Source of the DNA: Callorhinchus milii
Taxonomy: Eukaryota
Assembly (NCBI RefSeq): GCF_018977255.1
Contig: NW_024704742.1
Span: forward strand, 124,436,001 to 124,500,000
DNA length: 64,000 bases
Reading direction: 5' to 3'
The notes beneath the pieces are model-generated. The model was not told the DNA's origin, searched no databases, and saw only the letters and a program-made list of their open reading frames with translations. Positions 1 through 13,480 of this stretch are shown here, one piece after another (position 1 is the first letter of the stretch; each line of letters starts with the position of its first letter). A program made the position numbers and the translations under genes.

Positions 1-1499
1 CGCTGGTACAAGTCTTTCAAAACTTACTGAATACTGGAGAGGTGCCGGGGAATTGGAGAAAAGCAGATGTTACTCCTATTTTTAAGAAAAGTAACAAAAG
101 TGACCCAGGAAACTACAGATCAGTAAGTTTGAACATCCATTGTGGGTAAAATTATGGATACTCTTATTAAGGATAAAATCATGGAGCATCTGGATAGAAA
201 TAAAATCATGAATGATAGCCAATATGGGTTCATGAAGGGAAGATCATGTCGATCCAATTTGCTGTTTTTTCTTTGATGGTGTGACAAGGGAGCTTGATAA
301 GGATAAGGCTGTGGATGATGTATATCCGGATTTCAGTAAAGTTTTTGATACAGTTCCTCTTGAGAGGCTGATACTGAAAATAAAAAAAGCGGGGATCAGT
401 GGATGCATATTACAAAGGGTACGCAATTAGTTGAACAGAAGAACCCAGAAGGTGGTGGTACAGTGAATGTCATTAGACTGGGAAAATGTTACCAGTGGAG
501 TTCTATAAGGTTCTGTTTTGTGACCTCTTTTGTTTAATATTATTATAAATGATCTGGAATTAGGATTCGCAAGCACAGTGGCTGAGTTTACGGATGACGA
601 CAAGCTAATGAAAGTGGTAGATTGCAAAACTGAATAAGATAGGTTACAGGAGGATTTGAACATACTTGGGAATTGGGCAGATCGGTGGCAGATGAAATTC
701 AATGTGGAGAAATGTAAAGTACTTCACAGGGGCACAAAAAATCCTGGAAGGGTCTATTATTTGAATGGAAGGAAAATAATATGTATGGAAAATGAAAAGG
801 ACCTGGGCGTTCTGATTCACAATAAATTGAAGCTCTCCCAACAATGCTCTGTGGCAGTGCGTAAAACACACCAGATGTTGGGATGTATCAAAAGATCAAT
901 AGCAAGCCAAAATAGTGGGGTAATCCTGCCACTGTATAAATCAATGGAGAGACCATACTTGTGGACAGTTCTGGTTGCCATAGTACAAAAATGATATTGG
1001 AGAAATCGCAACGATACAGAGGAGGGAAACCAAAATGATTGAGGGAATGGAAGGACTGGACTATAAGGAGCGACTAAGTAAATTAGGCATGTTCATGCTG
1101 GAAAAGAGAAGATTGAGAGACAACATGATTGCTATCTTTAAGATTCTAAAGGGGCAAGACAAAATAGATCATGACAGGCTGTTTAAACTTGTCCAGAATA
1201 GTAGAACCAGAGGACACGGCCCATGATGGAAGGGGAGTAAATTCAGAACAAATCTACGCCAACACTACTTCAGTGAGCGAATATGGAACAGGCTCCCTAT
1301 GGAGACGGTTGAAGAAGGAAGTGTTGATTCTTTCAAACACAGATTAGATAGTTTTCTTTTAGGAAATAAAATTATGAGATATAGTACATAGATAGTTTGG
1401 GATATACGTGCATGCGACCGTCAGGAAGGTGGAAGGCGAACTAGATGGACCTTAAACTTTTCTGGTCTATCATTCCTATGTTCTTATGTTCTTACGTTC
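1..1499 (+). mobile_element. CR1-clade LINE, degenerate ORF2 reverse transcriptase, 3' UTR and tail
   Basis: Frameshifted motifs WRKADVTPIFKK, DPGNYRSVS, DFSKVFDTVP, WADRWQMKFNVEKCKVLH, EKDLGV and LEKRRLR. Ends in a (TTCTTATG)n-like tail at 1472-1499. Confidence 0.93.
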
Positions 1500-1745
1500 G
1501 GCAGGGCAAAATCTTGGGTAAGTTTCCTTACTCCACACGCCTGATAATAATCCTCAAGAAAAAATAAATAAATTGGTTACTTCAATCCATGACTGTTTTT
1601 GGGATACTGCTGTGTGCAATTGTCTGCCACCTTTCGCCCACAAATATACAGTCAATTCACTTTACAGTATATTCTGTGAAGCGCTTTGAGATGTCTAGAA
1701 GATGTAAAAAGCGCTATATCAAATGCAAGGATTATTTTATTATTA
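1500..1745 (+). mobile_element. Young tRNA-derived SINE (short form), head missing next to the CR1 tail
   Basis: Body and tail ...gtgaagcgctttgagatgtc...gcgctatatcaaatgcaaggatt match the many other copies in the window. Confidence 0.88.
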
Positions 1746-1749
1746 ATAT

Positions 1750-2020
1750 GCCAATTGTGGAGCGGAGAGGAAAAGGGATGTGCAGAAGACCCAAGGCAAT
1801 GGAGCAAAGGTGGCAGGTGGAGGAGTAGGGTGTGAGCAGAAAGGAAAAGTAGGGAGTTGACAGGGTGTGAAGAGATTTGAAAGTGAGAATGAGAGTTTCA
1901 GCAGCATTTGAAGTATGATGGGGCGAAGGCAGGGGATGTGCTGGAGGTGGAGGAAGGCAGTCATGGGCAAGGACCGGATGTACAGTAAGAAGGAAGAGTG
2001 GGGACCAAACCTGACCCCAA
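1750..2020 (-). mobile_element. Degenerate L2 LINE ORF2 3' fragment
   Basis: Purine-rich plus strand resembling the L2 copies at 52566 and 39750 (for example ggaggtggaggaaggcagtc, ttcagcagcatttg). Confidence 0.6.
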
Positions 2021-2549
2021 GATTGTCTACAGGTTCAGAGAGTCTGAGGGATAGGTAGGGAAAGTTAAGGAGCTCTTGACAACCTATGCCTAATACTTAC
2101 CGCAATCAGGTAAGCAGGATGCATCCCTCCAGGAAGAGAATGTGTATTTCATTCCAACAATCTATCTCTGGAATTTCCATGTGCACGTTGGATGCATGGA
2201 ATTCTCAGTTTGGTTTGGATACTCATAATAATAATAATAATAATCCTTGCATCTGATATAGCACTTTTCACGCCTTCTAGATGTCTCAAAGCTTAAGCTT
2301 CAGCATGGTGATGGGTTTCCACACATGTCAGACACGGCTGACCAAAAAAAATTAAGGAGTTCAGAACAGCAGATGAGAAGACGTTGATGGGAGTCAAGGA
2401 AGCTTTGTCTTGTTTGTTCAAATAAGAATAATCCAATGGACTCATCTATCAGTTTCAATCCCTAATTATAAACACACCTCAGTGGATTAGCTGAGGTCTG
2501 AAATTTACTGCTAAACTGAAAAATTCTGTGCACGCAGTCCACTCAATTC

Positions 2550-2805
2550 ACGACTGCTTGTGGGACACTGCTGTGCACAATTGGCACAATTTTCCAGGGG
2601 TAATAATCCTTCCAGAAAATAAATAAATAATAATTTGGTCACTCAATCCATGACTGTTTGTGGGACACTGCTGTGTGCAAAATTGGCTGCTGCATTTCAC
2701 TCACCAAATAGTCAATTCACGTTACAGTATGTTCTGCGAAGTGCTTAAAGATGTCTTGAAGACGTGATAAGGCACTAAAGCAAATGCAAGAATTATTATA
2801 TTATT
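2550..2805 (+). mobile_element. Young SINE 3' half with a partial internal duplication
   Basis: tgtgggacactgctgtg occurs twice; canonical tail ...aaatgcaagaattatt. Confidence 0.8.
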
Positions 2806-3254
2806 AAAACATGAAATGTGAAAAGGCTATTCAGGAGTTTTTGGACAGATTGATACAGTTGCCCAACAATTGGGTCAACCCCTAGTTTGGACACCGGTGA
2901 TTATTAGTACTCTGTAGGTGAAATGAAGTCTACTGTTGTCATTGGAAACAGCTTGCTCTATAACTCTTCTGCAGCAATTGTACTATGTTGATCACTGCAG
3001 CAAGTTTGTAACTTTTCCAATACCTGTTTTCGTACCTTCTTAGTTCTGAAGAAAAATTAAATGCAGACACCTTCCACTTTTAGATATGCATTTTCCGAAA
3101 TGCAAATGTATTTACACATGGTTTCTACACAGCATCTAATAGCTTCCAATGTCTTCAGTGAACTTAATCTCGCACAAGATCACAAAAGATGCAACAATGA
3201 AGAAGACTCTTTGACCTATTTGATTTCATTCTACCACGTTCCTAATACAACATT

Positions 3255-3370
3255 AAACTCTCTTTGAAGAATAGCTCAGTCTCTACCACCATTCCAAGTA
3301 ATATGTTCCTGCTTTTGATTACCATTGGTGAAAAGAAATACTTCCTGATGTCTGTCCTCAAATTGTCTTT
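3255..3370 (-). mobile_element. Old CR1 3' remnant
   Basis: Similar to the region of the CR1 copies at 14593 and 9673 that encodes ...RKxFFT... Confidence 0.45.
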
Positions 3371-4280
3371 AAAACACTAACCCTAGGCCGCTTTGTCCTG
3401 CTTGCAATGGTGTGTCTGAATATAGCCTACAGTTGTCATATAATGGTATGACATACAATTGACAGACATTTCAATAATGTAATTCGAAACATTTAACCAT
3501 CTATATGTGGATAGTAATTGTGGAATTAGGAATAAAATAATTCTGCATTGTTTGCTGCTGGTACATATCAATTTGTATTGAGGAATGAGACTCCAGTGTG
3601 CTTAAATAATACACTCTCTAACCTTCTAACCCTGCTTATCATATGCTCACATGAAGCTGTGTGTATTGACAAAGAAACCTACTCAACTGATGAAGGGGAG
3701 GAGAGATCCTGCCAATATCTTATAACTCTGTTTGCCAGTACTAGAAGAATAAAGGCCAAATCCATTTTATGTTGATTCCAAATTGTTGATATTAATCCAG
3801 CAGAAATCAAAGAGGTCCATGGCACTCAGACATGATATCTCCTAAACATGTTTTGAAATACTCTATTCAAAAACAATGAAATAAGAGTGTGAGGACTCTC
3901 TGTTCAGTACAGCTCCAATAAATTCCGCTGGAAGTAAGATCTGACACATTAAGCTTGGTTAGGTTGTTTCTTTTTGGTGGGGTGGGGGGCAGGGGGGTGT
4001 AGTTTTGCTGTACATGACCCAGGCCAGTTTAATATGCACCTCTGTAACTGATAAATCCACTCATGTTTTGCCAGAAAATGAAATATTTGCTCACATTTGT
4101 AATTCCCATAACATGAACAATCACTTCTTGTGGTATCTCACACAAAATATTTTTAAAAAAACTTATATTTTTGTAGCACCTTATCTATTAAAATATCTCA
4201 AAGCACTTACAGTAATTATTGTCAAGTGTAGGGATTTTTGTTGGAAACATCAGCAACTATTTTGCACAAAGCAAAGAGCC

Positions 4281-4646
4281 ATAATAATAATAATAATCCT
4301 TGCATTTGATATAGTGCATTATCATGTCATTGTGAAATCTTAAAGTGCTTCACAGAATATACTATAAAGTGACTGTATTTTGTGGGCAAGACGCGATAGC
4401 CAATTGTGCACATCAATGTCCCAAAAACAGTCATGGATTGAGTGACCAATTTTTTTTTAGGGATTATTACTCCCGGAAAGTGATCTGCCAATCGACTAAC
4501 AACCAGATTCCTTCTTACTTACTGCTAGGTAAACAGAGGCCTGTGGAGGAATGAAACTTGCCTAAGGTTTCACACTGCCCGGGAATCAAACTCTGGTCTT
4601 TATGCTTGCGAGGCGCAGCTCTAACCAATAAGATACAGGAATCCGC
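4281..4646 (-). mobile_element. Full-length young SINE (long form)
   Basis: tRNA-like head with A/B-box remnants near 4575-4646, an internal ctgtttacctagcagtaagta segment, and a (TTA)n tail at 4281. Confidence 0.88.
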
Positions 4647-7600
4647 ATGAGATGAATGATCAATTTACCTGGAGAGCAAAAAGGTTGGGAGCCAACCCTT
4701 GAGACAGACTGAACAAACTTTCACTATTGTGTAGCATTTGGTAAGCAACTTAACATGAAAACCCTAAAAAAGCGTGGAACCAGAAACAATCAGTATCACC
4801 ATCAAGCCTTAATGGGCATGTGAACACGGTGGGAGTAAATGCTAATTTCATAGAGAGGATTAATGTCATAATTAAGTTTTTAAAACAACAACAGTTTGCA
4901 TTTATATAGTGTCTTTCACTTGGGGTAGCATCACAGAGCACTTTTATGGCCTAAAGTTTAAGTTCCCCTAAAACCTGTAGCTGCAGTGGCAGTAATTGTT
5001 AAGCAATCTTTCAACCCGTTACACAATAGTAGCTAAATTGAAAATATTGTTAAAAAGCTGATTCATCACCACATATAAAATGATTTAAAAACAAAATGTA
5101 TTTAGTGTTATCATTCATTCAAATTATTTTTATAGGAAATATTGTGCCACAAATGTATACAATATTGAACACATTGCAATGCATTGTACTTAACACAATT
5201 AGCTTCAATCATATTTCAATCCAATATTGTAATTTGCATGAAAAAATCATTGAAGTGATTTCATCCCAATCAAATTTGGCCTATCAGGAGACAGGTATGC
5301 ACACTGTTGTAATAAGTTCCACATGCTGCTATTAAAATTAATAGGTTTAATTTTCTAAATCAAAAGAAAAATATTATGAAATGATTTATTTAATGATTTT
5401 TTAAAAAAACTGATCTGTTGGAATTGAATAATTTCCACTGAAGTTTTGTTACCAAATCTGCTTGAAGGAAACCCAATTATTTTCAGAAGGGTGGTCTTAT
5501 TGTTAACATGCACTTTCAACTAGATCCAGCTGTTGTAACAAAAAGTGGTTTGAGTTCACATACTTACATGGTTTAGGTTGCATGTAAAAGTATAATAACA
5601 CACTAACAATAAATTGTAGTCTCAGTGAGTGATTAAATTGCAAACAAACTTCTGTGAGAAGTATTGCCAACTATCCTTGTTGACGTAGCAGAGAAGACTA
5701 TAGCGGCCACACATGCCGGGTTACTCTAGTCAACAAGCGTGGGGCAGTTAAGATAATTGGTGATGATTTAAAGAAGAAGCAGCCTTAACCTTTGATCCAC
5801 AATATATTAGTTCTATCAAAATGTAGCCTTAATACCAATTTTCCTTGAGTAGCCAACTTGTTCTTAAAGCTCAGTTTTATAAGCAAATAGTTGACTTCTA
5901 TGTACAGTACAATCAAAGCATTGTTGAACATTTCTGTACAATATCAAAACATTTGATCAGAAATTTGAACAGCTATAATTGAGCTGTTCTGTTTTCTCAG
6001 ATTTTGTAACTAAATTGTGAACATGAATATTAAAAACTCAAAAACAAGTGAAGGTGGAAAGGTTTGTACTCCAATGCTGAGCTTGACAGATTGGGTGGCC
6101 ATTTTGCTGGGGATAGACTACATAGCAGTTGAAAGCTACGGTGCACAGATTTTCGCACTTTTCATTTAAATTGCTTTGTCCTCCCTCTCCCCCCAACACA
6201 CACACAAAGAGACGAAAGGTCTGGCTAATGCCACAGCAGAGTGAGTTAGGCCAGCAAAGAGAGCTGTCTCTTCAAGTTGCCAAAACTTCACATCAGTGTT
6301 TGGAGGCTCCGCCACCACAAACCAACCAAAACCTCAGCGTTAACTGTCGTAAAAAAAAAGTTGATCGAATTTCTCAGAACATATTTAGTTGATCCTGGCA
6401 AGGCAGATGGTAACTGGGAATGTCAGACCCACTTCAACAGCAGGGTGATGTCTTCTGTCACTTGTCTCCACTGGACGCACTGTCGTTTGTAGTGCTTAAA
6501 GTTTCCTGGAAAGACTGGAAACAATAAACCATCCCACGTTGATAGCATAAACTAGAACATGCAACATACAAACTGACAAGACATGGCTGCACAAAGCCAT
6601 TTGTTTCCAACACAGGAATCAACAATGTCAGATTAAACTTGTTTACATTCTTCTCTCATTAGGATCTCTAAATGAAGTTGCAACAAGCTGCACATGGAAG
6701 CAAGCAAATGTAATCATTGATCGGTGGTGTTTTATTCAAGCAAAGTTCTAGTTTAATTGTTTGCATAAGAATAAAAGGAACGAGAAGAGACATTGAACCA
6801 TTTAATCCTTTCCCCTGTGACATTAACGATTGAACTCTCAAATACTTGCTATGGACACTCAGCTGTACTTTCAACCCATTCTTTTTTAACTCTTTCATTT
6901 ATTTCAGATTTTCCCCAGATAACTGAGAACTGTTATAATGAGGAGAAATTTGCAATGTGCATGACTTGTCACAGTTAAGACATTTGTCATTTAATTCAGA
7001 ATACTACAGAATTCCCATTTTTACATTTGTTGTTTCCCAAAACACATATTGGCTACTAAAATGTTTGGGCTGTTATACCGTCAAAACAATTTCTGGGCAC
7101 TGATTAAAATAAAACTTCTCAAGAAAATGTCAAAAATGTGATTCCACTAGGAACAAGTAATTTCACTGCCAACAGCACTTATATTGGGATTTATTGTACA
7201 ATGCATAGAAAAAACTTTCTACTGTAAATATTTTCAAAGCACTACTTGCCCTATGTTAGTCAATACATTTTCTTCAATCCTGCTATTAACTTAATTTGAG
7301 AAATACTGTTGGAAGGCAGGTTTTGAAGAAAAATACTTCTTTTTTTTGTTTACGGGTACTTTGTTGAAAACTCATTCTCTGTTTTTTACATGAGTTAATT
7401 TGCGATCATCCTTTGACACCTGCATATTGTTTTACTTACACAAGATATTTGACACATCTTGTAATGCCAGTCAATCGACAGAGACAAGATGGTGCTTATG
7501 TAATACTTAGGCAGCAGCCAAAGATCATCCATCATTGGAACATTGCTTCAACACTCTTTGTAAACAAGAAATATGGAGAAGACGTCTTTGGGAAGAATAT

Positions 7601-9672
7601 GCCATCAAGTTTATTTTAAAAAGCTAATTAACCAAATTAATAAAACATTCATTTTCACTGGAACCCTGGCTCCAAAGTGAATCAATTAAAGCTGAACCGT
7701 CACGTGCACATTTTAAATAATGTCCCAAGTAGACAAAAAATAAACACCCACTCATTATAATGTAAACAATGTTGTCCTGATATATTATATCAACCTCGAA
7801 ATTGTTCCAACAAAAAGAAGCCACAATGAGTATGTAACCGAATTGATGGATGCGGTTATTTATTCATTCTCTTCACAAACATTTCTGATTTTCCAAGGAA
7901 TTGTCTGATGTGATTTCACATATATGAGATTCCTCAAAGAGGGACGCAATGAATATACAGCTACCAACTGATGCTCCCAGAGGGGCTGGTGGGATGGTGA
8001 GACTTGAGCTGAAAAATCTGCATTCGAAATAAATCATCCACTTTCCATAATTTGACAAGTGTACGTATGGCAAACAAATGGATACCATCCCTTTAACACC
8101 TCTGAATTTGTCAATCTCCAAAGGCAAGAGGTAGCAATCTGTTTTCCTTCCTGTTAACTGCGAAATACACACTCCAACCCCCACAAAATAACACATACCA
8201 GCGGTTTTCAGTTACAATGCCCCATGTTAGAGCTACAAAATCCCTGCTCCGGGTGGATAATACTATATCCTAAACCTAATTACATCTGGCCACAGCTTTA
8301 CCTGCCAAATTGACTGCCAACATTAATTTGACTTTCACCAGCTCAGCCAGCCATAACTTGTCAGCACTGAGCTACTGATGAGTAATGTGCCTGGTAAAAC
8401 AATAGTCTGTTTGGTCTGCTCTCCAGAAAGGGGGAGCACACTTTCAGGCAATGTTTTAACCATATCCCTGGGATCTTTCCAAGTGCAGTCTTCAGTTTGA
8501 AAACATTCATTCAAACACACATTAAAGAATCCAACAATGACAGCAAGTTTAGCACATTGGACTTCATTTTCGCGAGCCTCTGGCAACTGTTAATAAGCAT
8601 TAACGTTAATTAATTAATTCTGCTCCTGGCCTAGAGACGGTATGGCTTACAAAAATTCACAGTCACTACACTTGAAAATATTCAACGTGAAAATGTAAGG
8701 ATTATTACTGTAATAATTATAATCAAATATAAGGATTATTATTATTTTTATTACTTGGTGTATACCCCCACATCAACACACATAACCATACACAGTTTGA
8801 TTCAACTACTGTAATTTTGTGGGAAAACTCATATGAGTGGTACAGTTAAATGTTAATTCATTTTAAGAGCCAATAATGTTTCGAGGAAAGGTCGCAAAAA
8901 TCAATAGATGTAGATTTTGTAAAAATCCTTGCACATGTGTAAATCCAGAGTTGTAAGAGTGATGGACGTGTGAAAGCCTTGCCAGGGATGCAGTGCCCCT
9001 TCCCCCTGGGAGCAAGGCTGTAAGTAGACGTTTCCTTGTATCGGTTGTGTTTGGGGAAGTCTGGAAAAAGGGGATCCTGACGTCAGGGCGTGAGCTTTGT
9101 TTTCAATGAAATGTCTAAACATTTCAAAGGTTTAACTTCTCATGTTAATTAACTGACTAGCACCAACAGCCCCTGTGTGCAAGTATGGCAGGTTCAATAT
9201 TGTAGCATCTACAATATATATCTACATATACATGAGAGAGAATAAGGCTAATATATGTACATATATATGTGTGTGCATGTATATGTATACATATATATTA
9301 GCCTTATTCTGCCATCAATTAGCATTTGTAAATTAAACTGCAATTACAAACAGTACCTTTTGCAATATTAAATAATAATCAAGATAATGTACAGGGAGAG
9401 CGATTTTCTGTCGCTCTGTTATAATATTTTTGGCGGGCAAATGCTCTGAGCGCATCTCCTACACATCATTGCCAATGCGATGAATGAAGAGCGTTCTGGT
9501 TACACACTGTTTGACTTGTTTAAGAAAGGGTTTCCAATGTGATGCATTGCTTAAAAACCGAGCTTCCCAGCTACACTTTGCCAAAATTCCACCATTACAT
9601 TAACGTGAAGGATATCTTGTTTCAATAGTTACAAACCCACTTGTTTCTGCAGCCAGGGATCGTGTTTACTGA

Positions 9673-9955
9673 TCATAGATTCATAGAATCATAGAATTAT
9701 ACAGCACAAAAGGAGGCCATTCGGCCCATCGTGTCTGTGCCGGCTCTTTGAAAAAAGCTATCCAATTCAATCCCACTCCCCAACTGTCTCCCATTAGCCC
9801 TGCGAATTTGTCCTCCCCAAATAATTATCTACTTCTCTCTTAAAAGTTGTTATCGAATCGCTTCCATTTCACGGAATGCATTCCAGATCCAAACAACTCA
9901 TTGTGTGAAAAAATTTCTCCTCACCTCCCTTCTGTTTCTTTTAACAACCATTTTA
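9673..9955 (-). mobile_element. CR1 LINE 3' end
   Basis: (CATAGAAT)n tail followed by aggaggccattcggcccatc, the typical CR1 3' UTR read antisense. Confidence 0.8.
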
Positions 9956-10791
9956 AATAGTGGAGTTTAAATGATGGAGTAGATCTTGATATAAACCACT
10001 AAAAGAATAGAAACCACGCATGTGGACTCCTCAGTATCTACCATGCAATAAATGATTTAATAAGTACAATACATAAACTAAATTGGGTGGGAGGTATTTG
10101 TAATTAATTGTGTCTGTACAGGACACTGGGGTTAATATGGTTATGAAGAACTAATTAGTGCATCTTTGGAATAGTGGTGCAATGTGGATTCCTAGGTCAG
10201 AGTTTACCATTCACTCACCTGCTAAGAGACAACACTATTTAAACATTTTACAGAAAGACAGACACAACCCAGGGGAAATTTCTTTTTATTTAGACTGGCT
10301 TTGGAAACCTTTTGTATCATAAAACTTTGCACCTTCTCACGTGCTTTTTGATGATGATGCCAATGGAATGCATGTTTAAGTGGCGGTCGCAGAACAAAAG
10401 ATATGTCTTATTACAAGCAAGGCATTTTGTGCTTTAAAAAAAGGGGGAAAAAAGCTGAGGGCCAAGTTTGATGGGGTACTAATTATTTTGTAGCTGTGAA
10501 GTACTATAGAGGCATTAAACGGCAATTCAGTGCAGTTTCCTTTTATCTGTCTTATCAATTGATGTCTATACCGACCTAGCTAGGCTCTCCCAAGCACGTC
10601 AGAGTGTTTCAGATACACAAGATTAAGTAGCAAGTGACATCGCAGACCATTTAGCCCACCCAGCAAGTACTGAAACCAGCGGAAAAGCTGTCAGGGTTCC
10701 CCTTCAATCCATTAATCTTCTTGCTTTTCAATTCTGCCAACTTCGATCGCCTTCAAACGGCGAGGGGATGGGTGTTGGGTGGGGGGGTGGG

Positions 10792-10952
10792 GAGAGAGAG
10801 AGAGAGAGAGAGTGTGAGGTTTCTCTGCCACACCATTCAGGGTCTCCAGCCATACACCACAACCTTGTTTTTGATGGCCTATGTGTGTCTGTGTGTGTGT
10901 GTGTTTCTCTCTGTGTGTGTCTCTGTGTGTATGTGTGTGTGTGTCTGTGTGT
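10792..10952. repeat. Compound microsatellite: (GA)n, then interrupted (GT)n/(CT)n
   Basis: Directly visible dinucleotide runs at 10792-10811 and 10883-10952. Confidence 0.95.
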
Positions 10953-12405
10953 TTGCTTCTCACCACTTTCTAACCTATTAGTTATTAGTCAGTTACAATC
11001 ATTTCCTTGCAGCCTGTGTACAGTTACCCACATTGATCATGGAAAACGTGTGATGATATCAATGTTTAAGCCAAACAACAACAACACACAAAAAAAACAT
11101 GCATTATTGACTGCAGAGATGAAGAAGAGGTGAAGTGGAAAGTTAAATGAAAAAAACAGCCAGAAAGACAGGAGCAGAGGATTGCTTGGCGAATTGCGTA
11201 AAAACGAGCGAGTGTCAGCCTCCAACTCCCTGGAGAGGGTTTTGTTGGGGGTCGATCTTCCCTGAAAAGCCAACCAGCAAAAACACTGAGCCTTTGAACA
11301 GATCTGAAACTCAAATTAAGCGGCAATGCCACGCATTGCTTCTCTTGGGTTTTTTTTCTCTCTCTCTCTCTTCCTCGTGAGAACCTCTGGGTGTGTTTTT
11401 ATGTATCTGTCACCTCCACTCTTCCCCTCAAACAATACGCGTCTCGCCAGATTCTGCCCAAATTGCATTGGCTCCCCCAGCGCTTTATGCTAACAGGTAG
11501 ACAGACTCATAATAAGACACTTCAACCCCCTCCCCCCCCCTCCACCAAGTGCTGAACCAAACATTTTCGGTTTTCACAGAGCAATCATGCTGAACGGAAA
11601 CAAATCCAGACACAGTTACATTCTGCTGCACCAGACTGTGCCAAGCATAATTACCTGAAAAGTTAAGACCCCCAAAATCTGATCAAAATAGTGTGTCTGG
11701 AGATACTTTTTGTTCACTCAAGTGATTATTATGCCACAAAGAAATACATCTGCTCAACCACAAAAGCTGGTCAGACAGCAGCAGAGAGAAATAAGGAAAG
11801 AAAGGGACGTGATAAATAACTGATGTACTCTTTGGTGTTTTGTTTTTAAACAGATAGAGTATAAAGCAGGCTTAATTATGCAATGGCTGCTTTGCTGTAA
11901 AATATTACCCATTTAATGTCTGTCTGAAAGGTGATTTATATACATTTTAATGTCATAACATGTAGCAAATATTCTCCACAGGGAAAGTGCCTTTAATATC
12001 AAGAACGTATCAGGTTCAATATGTTGAAACATGTTTCCGTTATGACTAAGGTTATACTCAAAGAATTCCAGACATAATTCTTTTGTACTGCTGAGGGATA
12101 CAATTATACCCTTTGAACAGAATATATAATTAACCTTTATAAGAACATATTGATGGCATTGACATAATTTATATTTTTTGCCCTACGTAATTGATTACCG
12201 CAGACTCCGTTACGCGCAGGTTTATATTAAAATGTACATGGTTCAATTTTTCAGTTGTGATCAGTATACATTTCCCAGTTGCTGACTTGCATAAAAGTCT
12301 CAATGCAAGATGCAAAATGGGTTCTGAAAATAACACCCAAGTGAAAAAGCAAACCAAAAGGCACATTTTTTAGTTTAGTTAGAACTATGTGTTCTAACTA
12401 AACAA

Positions 12406-12580
12406 AAAAAATTGGTCACTTCAATCCATGAGTGTTTGTGGGACACTGCTGTGCGCAATTGGCTGCCATGTTTTGCCCATAAATATACAGTCAATTCACT
12501 TTACAGTATATTCTGTGAAGCGCTTTGAGACGTTTAGAAGACGTGAAAAGTCCTATATCAAATGCAAGGATTATTTATTT
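12406..12580 (+). mobile_element. Young SINE 3' half
   Basis: Near-consensus body and tail. Confidence 0.88.
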
Positions 12581-12889
12581 CTATTGTGGATTCTGATCCC
12601 TCAAAGTTTTAGGCATAGTCTGAGCAATTTAGCATAGGTAGGAGGAATTAGAGCAGATTTATTGAAACATTCACATGCAATATCAAATGTATCAAATGGA
12701 AGCCACTGATTTCTGTACCTTCCTCTCAATGTTACATGCTTTCTGTAACCTTCCCCAAATGGCATTGTAACACTCTCTGGTCTGTGCTGCTCAGTGTTTC
12801 GACAGTAGGAGGTGTGCAATTGTGAGTAACATGAATGCGAAGTGGCCTTTTTAATGACAGAATGTCCCACCCGGTTAAGTTACCCAAGA

Positions 12890-12990
12890 TACAGTGAAAC
12901 TTCAGTTATATTTGGCAGTTGAGTGGGAAGGGCGTTTCCCGCTCAAACTTCGGTTCAGTTAAATGTGGCAACATAAACGGAGTTTTGCTT
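12890..12990. mobile_element. Possible Tc1/mariner (Tigger/pogo-like) MITE remnant
   Basis: Left end TA|CAGTGAAACTTCAGTTAT; right end reads AGCAAAACTCCGTTTAT on the reverse strand. Internal hairpin gttgagtgggaa / ttcccgctcaaac. Confidence 0.45.
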
Positions 12991-13229
12991 CCCCAAGTAG
13001 AATGCTTCACAAATAGCAATGCAAACCTTTGAGTCATGTTTCACGAATGTAGGTGTGGATGAAAAAACCCAGTGAAACTGATGCAGAGCAGGTGAGTGTG
13101 GCAGTACGTATTCTTGTGCGTTAATGGGTAGGTCAGATATCTGATCTGTGGCATTTTTTGCAGGGGAGGAAAGGGAAACTATGCCATGTATCTATTGAGG
13201 AAAATTAAAAATTGTATTTGCAATGAACA

Positions 13230-13480
13230 ATGGAAATCTACAGCACAAATGTTGGCTGGCCATTCTACCCAAAGTGTCCTTGGCCTTTGAAAGAGCAATC
13301 CATTCAGTCCCATTTACCCGCCTTTTTCCTATGCCCCTACATATTATTCCTTTTTAGACATTGATGTAGTCCCTTCTTGAAAGGTTATATGGATTCTGCC
13401 TCAACCACAACATCGGTGTAAGAAAAAACCATCCTATAATTTACCCCTTTGCTAATTATATTAAATTGATGCCTTACAAT
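13230..13480 (-). mobile_element. Degenerate CR1 3' end
   Basis: aaatctacagcacaaa...ggccattc pattern as at 9673. Confidence 0.6.

Noticed and set aside
1589..1828. Recurrent short ORFs containing [15 protein letters not shown] (also 12428, 26637, 28180, 38555, 42104)
   Set aside because: They are translations of the SINE tail, not a peptide gene family.
10712..11133. Overlapping ORFs rich in HT, VC and RE
   Set aside because: They are dinucleotide microsatellite translations.
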